Assembly: GCA_965203355.1 (NCBI GenBank)
Contig: OZ241889.1
Location: 2,368,001-2,432,000, forward strand
Length of the DNA: 64,000 nt
Origin: Candidatus Latescibacterota bacterium
GTDB lineage: Bacteria > Latescibacterota > UBA2968 > UBA8231
Reading direction: 5' to 3'
A model generated the notes under the pieces. The model was not told the origin of the DNA and made no database searches. It saw only the letters and a program-made list of their open reading frames with translations. Positions 59,427 to 64,000 of the stretch are shown here, in pieces. The position numbers were made by a program, and so were the translations under genes. Each line of letters begins with the position of its first letter. Positions within the stretch are counted from its first letter, which is position 1.

Positions 59427-60664
59427 GAAACTGTCTGTGGATAGGGTGCTGTCTCGGGGTGCTGGTCTTAGCTTGCAGCGATCGCCCGCGGCGCAACCCC
59501 CTGGACCCGCAAGCCGAGGACCGGCAGAGCGAGTCGTTTAGTGCCTTGACGGCCTTGGCGCTCGACAGCGAGGTGGCGTTGCGGTGGGACTTCTCCCACT
59601 TTTCCGATATTGAAGGCTACCGACTCTATCGCCGTCTGCCTGGGGACGAGTGGGAGCCGATCACCCCGGTGCTGGCGCCGGACGCGACCGCGTATGCGGA
59701 CGAGCGAGTGCAAAACGGGGCGCGCTACGAGTACCAACTCAGCTTGCTCGTCGCCGGGGAAGACGAGCGCCCTAGCGGCCAGCCCGTGTCTGCTACGCCC
59801 GGGCCAGAAGTCGCTTGGGTGGCCGATCGCCACGCCGGGCTGGTGTGGAAGATCAGTGCGGATGCACGCAGTGCGCATTTTGCTCAGGGGCGTTTTTTTG
59901 ACTTGGCGGCGATTGCGCTCGACGTGGCCAATGGTTCGTGTTGGGTCAGCGACCGGGGGTTTGCCGGGCTGTACCGGATTGCGAAAGACGGCGCGTTGGC
60001 CGCGCTGGGCGCGGCGGTGGATAAGCCCGGTGCTCTGGCCATTGACGCGGCCGCACGCATTGGCTGGCTGGCCGACGCCGGGCGCCAGCGGGTTTTTTGG
60101 TTTTCCTTGGACGCGGCCGATTCGCTGGCTCTCATTCCGGTCGATGCCTCCTTTGCCCGGCCTGTGGCGTTGGCCGCACAGGCCGGAGGCTGCTGGATCG
60201 CCGACCAAGCCCAAAGCCGCGTACTGCTCTACCAGACCGACGGCACCCGCGCCGCTGAATTCCAGGTGCTGGCGGCTCCCCAAGTGCTGGTGGCAGGCCG
60301 AGGGGGCGATGTGTGGCTGTTGGGCGGCGAGGGGCATCGCTTGGCGCGGCTGGACCGCGCCGGCACCGTCCGCTACGTGGAGCTGCCTTTTGCCGCGGCC
60401 GTGGGACTGGCCGTGGATGATGCAAGCGGAGCCTGCTGGGTGTTGGGAGAACGGGATCTGGCGGTGTTCTCAGCCGCCGGGACCTTAGAGCAGCACTGGG
60501 CCGACGTGCCCGGCGGCCGGGCCCTGTCCTTTGACGCCGTGCAGCAGCGGGCTTGGCTGGCGACCGATGACGGGGTGTGGAAATTCACGGCCGAGGGCCA
60601 AACCCTGGCACAACTCGTCGGTTTTTCGTCCATCGTCCGCATTGCCGTGGATCCAGGCCGCTGA
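59423..60664 (+). CDS. Lipoprotein with FN3-like domain and NHL-type beta-propeller
   Basis: LAC lipobox, NPLDP, LRW..GYRLYR..Y.D..V.NG..YEY, repeated W(V/I/L)AD. Confidence 0.78.
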   Translation: MRNCLWIGCCLGVLVLACSDRPRRNPLDPQAEDRQSESFSALTALALDSEVALRWDFSHFSDIEGYRLYRRLPGDEWEPITPVLAPDATAYADERVQNGARYEYQLSLLVAGEDERPSGQPVSATPGPEVAWVADRHAGLVWKISADARSAHFAQGRFFDLAAIALDVANGSCWVSDRGFAGLYRIAKDGALAALGAAVDKPGALAIDAAARIGWLADAGRQRVFWFSLDAADSLALIPVDASFARPVALAAQAGGCWIADQAQSRVLLYQTDGTRAAEFQVLAAPQVLVAGRGGDVWLLGGEGHRLARLDRAGTVRYVELPFAAAVGLAVDDASGACWVLGERDLAVFSAAGTLEQHWADVPGGRALSFDAVQQRAWLATDDGVWKFTAEGQTLAQLVGFSSIVRIAVDPGR

Positions 60665-60744
60665 GGCTGGCCACCCTCGCTTGCATCCGATGTACTCCTT
60701 GACGACCTTCCCTTAGTTGTAGTTTTAATCCCGCGAGAAGCAAT

Positions 60745-61713
60745 ATGACCGAGCCCGTTCTCATTCACAGCATGACCGGTTTTGGCCGTGCGGCAGCCGA
60801 GCGGCGGGGTTTGCGGCTTGCCGTTGAACTGCGGTCGGTCAACAGCCGCTATCTCGATATACAGGTGCGCTGCCCGGCTGATCTCCAGCCCTTTGAGCAG
60901 GCCATCCGCGCGCGGATTCAGGCGCAGGTCAGGCGCGGCAAGATAAACGCGCACCTGGCTTGGGAAGAGGAAAACCGGCCCGAGGCCCTGCCCCAGTTAG
61001 ACGAGGAAGCCGCCAAGCACTATCTGGCCCAGCTACGGCGGCTCGCTGAATTGGCTCAGATCGAAGCGGCGGAGGATCGGGCAACGCGCTCGCCGTGGAG
61101 GGCGTTTTGGGGTCGTTTTAAGGGACTAGAGCATTTCAATGTGGGCATTGAGCGGGTGTTGTTGGCAAAGCTGCCCAATCTCTTTCGCGTCCAAGCCGCA
61201 GCGCTAGATAGCACCGTCGTGCAAGAGGTGCTGTGGATAGGGTTGGACCAAGCGCTGGCCGAGTTAGTGGCCATGCGCCAGGCCGAAGGACACACCCTCG
61301 CGGCGGATTTGCGCGCCCGCGCCGCGGCGGTGGAGACGCGGCTGGAGCGCGTGGCCGAGCGTGCGCAGACGACCCGGGGGCAGGTTGCCGAGCGGCTGCG
61401 GAAAAAAATCGCCGATCTGCTCGCGCTCGGAGCGGTGGCCGAAGATCGCCTCGCCACGGAGATCGCCTTGATCGCCGAGCGCAGCGACATCGTCGAGGAG
61501 CTCGTGCGCTTCCGCAGCCACAATGCCCAGTTCCTCGATACCTTGGCGCAGGGTGGTGAAGTGGGCAAACGCTTGAACTTTCTCTTGCAAGAAATGCACC
61601 GCGAAGCCAACACCATCAGCGCCAAAGCGGCCGACGCCGAGATCGCCCATTGGGTGGTCGAGATCAAAGAGGAGCTTGAGCGGTTGCGCGAGCAGGTGCA
61701 AAACTTGGCGTGA
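60745..61713 (+). CDS. yicC: YicC-family endoribonuclease
   Basis: SMTGFG, ELRSVNSRYLD, EEL.RF.SH, GKRLNFLLQEMHREANTI, REQVQN. Confidence 0.93.
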   Translation: MTEPVLIHSMTGFGRAAAERRGLRLAVELRSVNSRYLDIQVRCPADLQPFEQAIRARIQAQVRRGKINAHLAWEEENRPEALPQLDEEAAKHYLAQLRRLAELAQIEAAEDRATRSPWRAFWGRFKGLEHFNVGIERVLLAKLPNLFRVQAAALDSTVVQEVLWIGLDQALAELVAMRQAEGHTLAADLRARAAAVETRLERVAERAQTTRGQVAERLRKKIADLLALGAVAEDRLATEIALIAERSDIVEELVRFRSHNAQFLDTLAQGGEVGKRLNFLLQEMHREANTISAKAADAEIAHWVVEIKEELERLREQVQNLA

Positions 61714-61721
61714 GGGCATTC

Positions 61722-62264
61722 ATGGCATCCGTGCAGATCATCACCATCAGCGGCTTAGCTGGCAGCGGCACCACTACGGTGTGCGACCGGCTGTGTGCGC
61801 GGCTGGGCTGGGCTTATGTCAATGTCGGAGCCGTCTTTCGCACGTTGGCCCAAGAAGCGGGCGTGAGCTTGGCCGAGTTGGGGCAGCGGGCCGAAGCCGA
61901 TGGCCGCATCGACCGCCAGCTCGACGAATGCTTAATGGAGCGCGCGCGGCTGTGTGCGCCGGTCGTAGTTGAAGGGCGACTCACCGGCTGGATGGCCCAG
62001 CGGCACCAACTTCCGGCCCTCAAGGTCTGGCTGCAAGCGGCACTCGCCGTGCGGGCCGAGCGCGTAGGGCAGCGCGAGGGCAAGCCGCTGGCGCGAGCAC
62101 TCGCAGAAACGCGCCAACGCGAGGCGTCCGAGGCCCAGCGCTACGCCGCCCATCACCAAATCGCCATCAGCGACTTGTCGGTGTACGACTTGGTCGTTGA
62201 TACCGAGTGCTGCGATCCTCAAGCCGCCTGCGCGCACATTTTGGCGCACCTCGATCCGCCATGA
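61722..62264 (+). CDS. cmk: Archaeal-type cytidylate kinase
   Basis: IITISGLAGSGTTT, G.VFR.LA, IDRQLD, VEGRL.GW, RE.SE..RY, YDLVVDT. Confidence 0.8.
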   Translation: MASVQIITISGLAGSGTTTVCDRLCARLGWAYVNVGAVFRTLAQEAGVSLAELGQRAEADGRIDRQLDECLMERARLCAPVVVEGRLTGWMAQRHQLPALKVWLQAALAVRAERVGQREGKPLARALAETRQREASEAQRYAAHHQIAISDLSVYDLVVDTECCDPQAACAHILAHLDPP

Positions 62265-63460
62265 GCTTGCAGGGCCGCCACATCCTGCTCGGGGTCACCG
62301 GTGGCATTGCCGCGTACAAGACGCCAGAGATCGTGCGGTTGCTGATGGCCGAAGGGGCCGAGGTGCGGGTAGTGCTGACTCGGGCGGCTGGCGAATTTGT
62401 CGCGCCCAAGACGTTGGAGGTACTTTCCCGCCACGTGGTTTATGCCGACTTGTTCGGATGCGACTCTGAGTTTCCCGTTTTGCACGTTGGGTTGGCCGAG
62501 TGGGCCGACTTGATTTTGGTGGCTCCGGTCACGGCGCACAGCTTGGGACGTATGGCCGGCGGTTTGGCTGACGATTTGCTCACCGCGGCGTTGTTGTGTG
62601 CGGATGGGCCGGTCCTGCTGGCGCCGTCGATGGAGGAGAACATGTTGGCCAATGCCGCGGTTGCGGCCAATGTGCAGACCTTGGCAGCGCGGGGGTTTCA
62701 CCTGCTCGAACCGGGCGTGGGGCCTTTGGCGTCGGGTGCGGTTGGCCGCGGGCGGATGCCCGAGCCAGCCGAGTTGGTCGCGGCGGTGACCGCGCATTTC
62801 AGCGGCGACTTGGCTGGGCTGAAGCTGCTGGTAACGGCTGGTCCCACGGTCGAGGACCTGGACCCGGTGCGCTTTATTTCCAATCGCTCATCGGGCAAGA
62901 TGGGCTATGCAGTGGCCGAGCGCGCCGCAGCGCGTGGGGGGCGCGTGTGGCTGGTTTCCGGGCCGACTTCACTGCCGGCGCCCGCTGGCGTGGAGCGGCA
63001 GTTGGTGCGCTCCACGCGCGACATGCAGGGCGCGGTCGAAGCCTTGTTCGAGCAAGTGGATGGGGCGATTTTGGCGGCGGCTCCGGCCGACTACCGCGCC
63101 AAGGCGGTGGCCGCGCAAAAAATCAAGCGCGGCGCAGCGTCCCGCTCTATCGAGTTGGTCGAAAACCCGGACATTGCCGCTGGTCTGGGGCGGCGCAAGG
63201 GCCAGCGGTGGCTGGTCGTCTTTGCGATGGAGACGGAACAGGGGCTACAGCGGGCGCGAGAGAAGCTGGCGCGCAAGGGGGGCGACTTAATCGCGCTCAA
63301 CATGCTCAACGAAGCGGGGGCTGGTTTTGCCGGCGACACCAACCGCGTTACCTTGATCGACGACGCCGGACGCGAGGAAGCCCTGCCCTTGCTGAGTAAA
63401 TCCGCGGTCGCCGACCGCATCCTCGATTGGGTGCGGGCGCGGCGGGAGGCGGCCGTTTAA
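62261..63460 (+). CDS. coaBC: Bifunctional PPC decarboxylase / PPC synthetase
   Basis: GVTGGIAAYK, HV.LAEWAD, TAGPT.E.LDPVRFISNRSSGKMG, FA.ET, GF..DTN. Confidence 0.95.
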   Translation: MSLQGRHILLGVTGGIAAYKTPEIVRLLMAEGAEVRVVLTRAAGEFVAPKTLEVLSRHVVYADLFGCDSEFPVLHVGLAEWADLILVAPVTAHSLGRMAGGLADDLLTAALLCADGPVLLAPSMEENMLANAAVAANVQTLAARGFHLLEPGVGPLASGAVGRGRMPEPAELVAAVTAHFSGDLAGLKLLVTAGPTVEDLDPVRFISNRSSGKMGYAVAERAAARGGRVWLVSGPTSLPAPAGVERQLVRSTRDMQGAVEALFEQVDGAILAAAPADYRAKAVAAQKIKRGAASRSIELVENPDIAAGLGRRKGQRWLVVFAMETEQGLQRAREKLARKGGDLIALNMLNEAGAGFAGDTNRVTLIDDAGREEALPLLSKSAVADRILDWVRARREAAV

Positions 63461-63484
63461 TCCGCGCTGAGCGAGGATGTCGTC

Positions 63485-64000
63485 ATGGAAGAGCGGAGCG
63501 AGGACGTGCTGGCCGAGGCCCGGCGCTATTTATCCGATTTAGTGGCTTTTGAGGGTACCCAATTTACCGCACCGGAGTTGATTGTGGAGCATAAGGCAGA
63601 GGAACCGGCCGTTGATGCGCTAGCGGCCTTTCGCCGGCAGATTTGCGAATGCACGCGCTGTCGGCTAGGTGCGACGCGGCAGCAGTTCGTGTTTGGCAGC
63701 GGCGATCCCTCGGCCGGCATCATGTTCATCGGCGAGGCGCCAGGGGCCGAGGAAGACCGGGCGGGCCAGCCCTTTGTCGGCAAGGCCGGTCAACTGCTGA
63801 CCAAGATCATCGAGGCGATGGGCTTGTCCCGCGACGCGGTCTATATCTGCAACATACTCAAGTGCCGCCCGCCCAATAACCGCGACCCCCAGCCCGACGA
63901 GATCGAGTTGTGCGAGCCGTATCTCAAGCGCCAGATCGAAATCATCCAGCCCCGCGTCATCTGCACCTTGGGCCGCTTTGCCGCGCAAACCCTGCTCCGC
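63485..64000 (+). CDS. Uracil-DNA glycosylase family 4 (3' partial)
   Basis: Manual translation: [43 protein letters not shown]. Confidence 0.93.
   Translation, partial: MEERSEDVLAEARRYLSDLVAFEGTQFTAPELIVEHKAEEPAVDALAAFRRQICECTRCRLGATRQQFVFGSGDPSAGIMFIGEAPGAEEDRAGQPFVGKAGQLLTKIIEAMGLSRDAVYICNILKCRPPNNRDPQPDEIELCEPYLKRQIEIIQPRVICTLGRFAAQTLLR

Overview
A gene-dense, GC-rich bacterial chromosome segment. The Bat operon, GldAFG-type ABC system, peptidase/PD40/Omp85 protein and LASG-type CoaBC suggest an FCB-group diderm such as Latescibacterota or Gemmatimonadota (inference). Bases 1-17.4 kb hold the rpoC 3' end and a continuous str-S10-spc-alpha ribosomal superoperon that lacks rplC (L3) and adk/map/infA. 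Bases 17.5-24.6 kb hold rlmD, a sigma54 activator with a degenerate receiver, a ClpX-like ATPase without a zinc finger, and LpoA-like, FmdB and TPR genes. Bases 24.7-39.2 kb form a MoxR/DUF58/BatA-E operon containing a GldA/GldF/tandem-GldG/DUF4340 ABC module. Bases 39.2-54.2 kb hold an oxidoreductase, a PolX-PHP with an altered catalytic site, a CysQ-like gene, an RND pump, an M48 peptidase, and a nucleosidase-like + SPL-like radical SAM + SDR trio split by an AT-rich type II R-M cassette. Bases 54.2-64 kb hold a DapF with Ser in place of both catalytic Cys, an Omp85/BamB-like cluster, yicC, an archaeal-type cytidylate kinase, coaBC and a partial family-4 UDG. I saw no rRNA, tRNA, CRISPR array or transposase. 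All family assignments come from motif recognition by eye, not from database searches.
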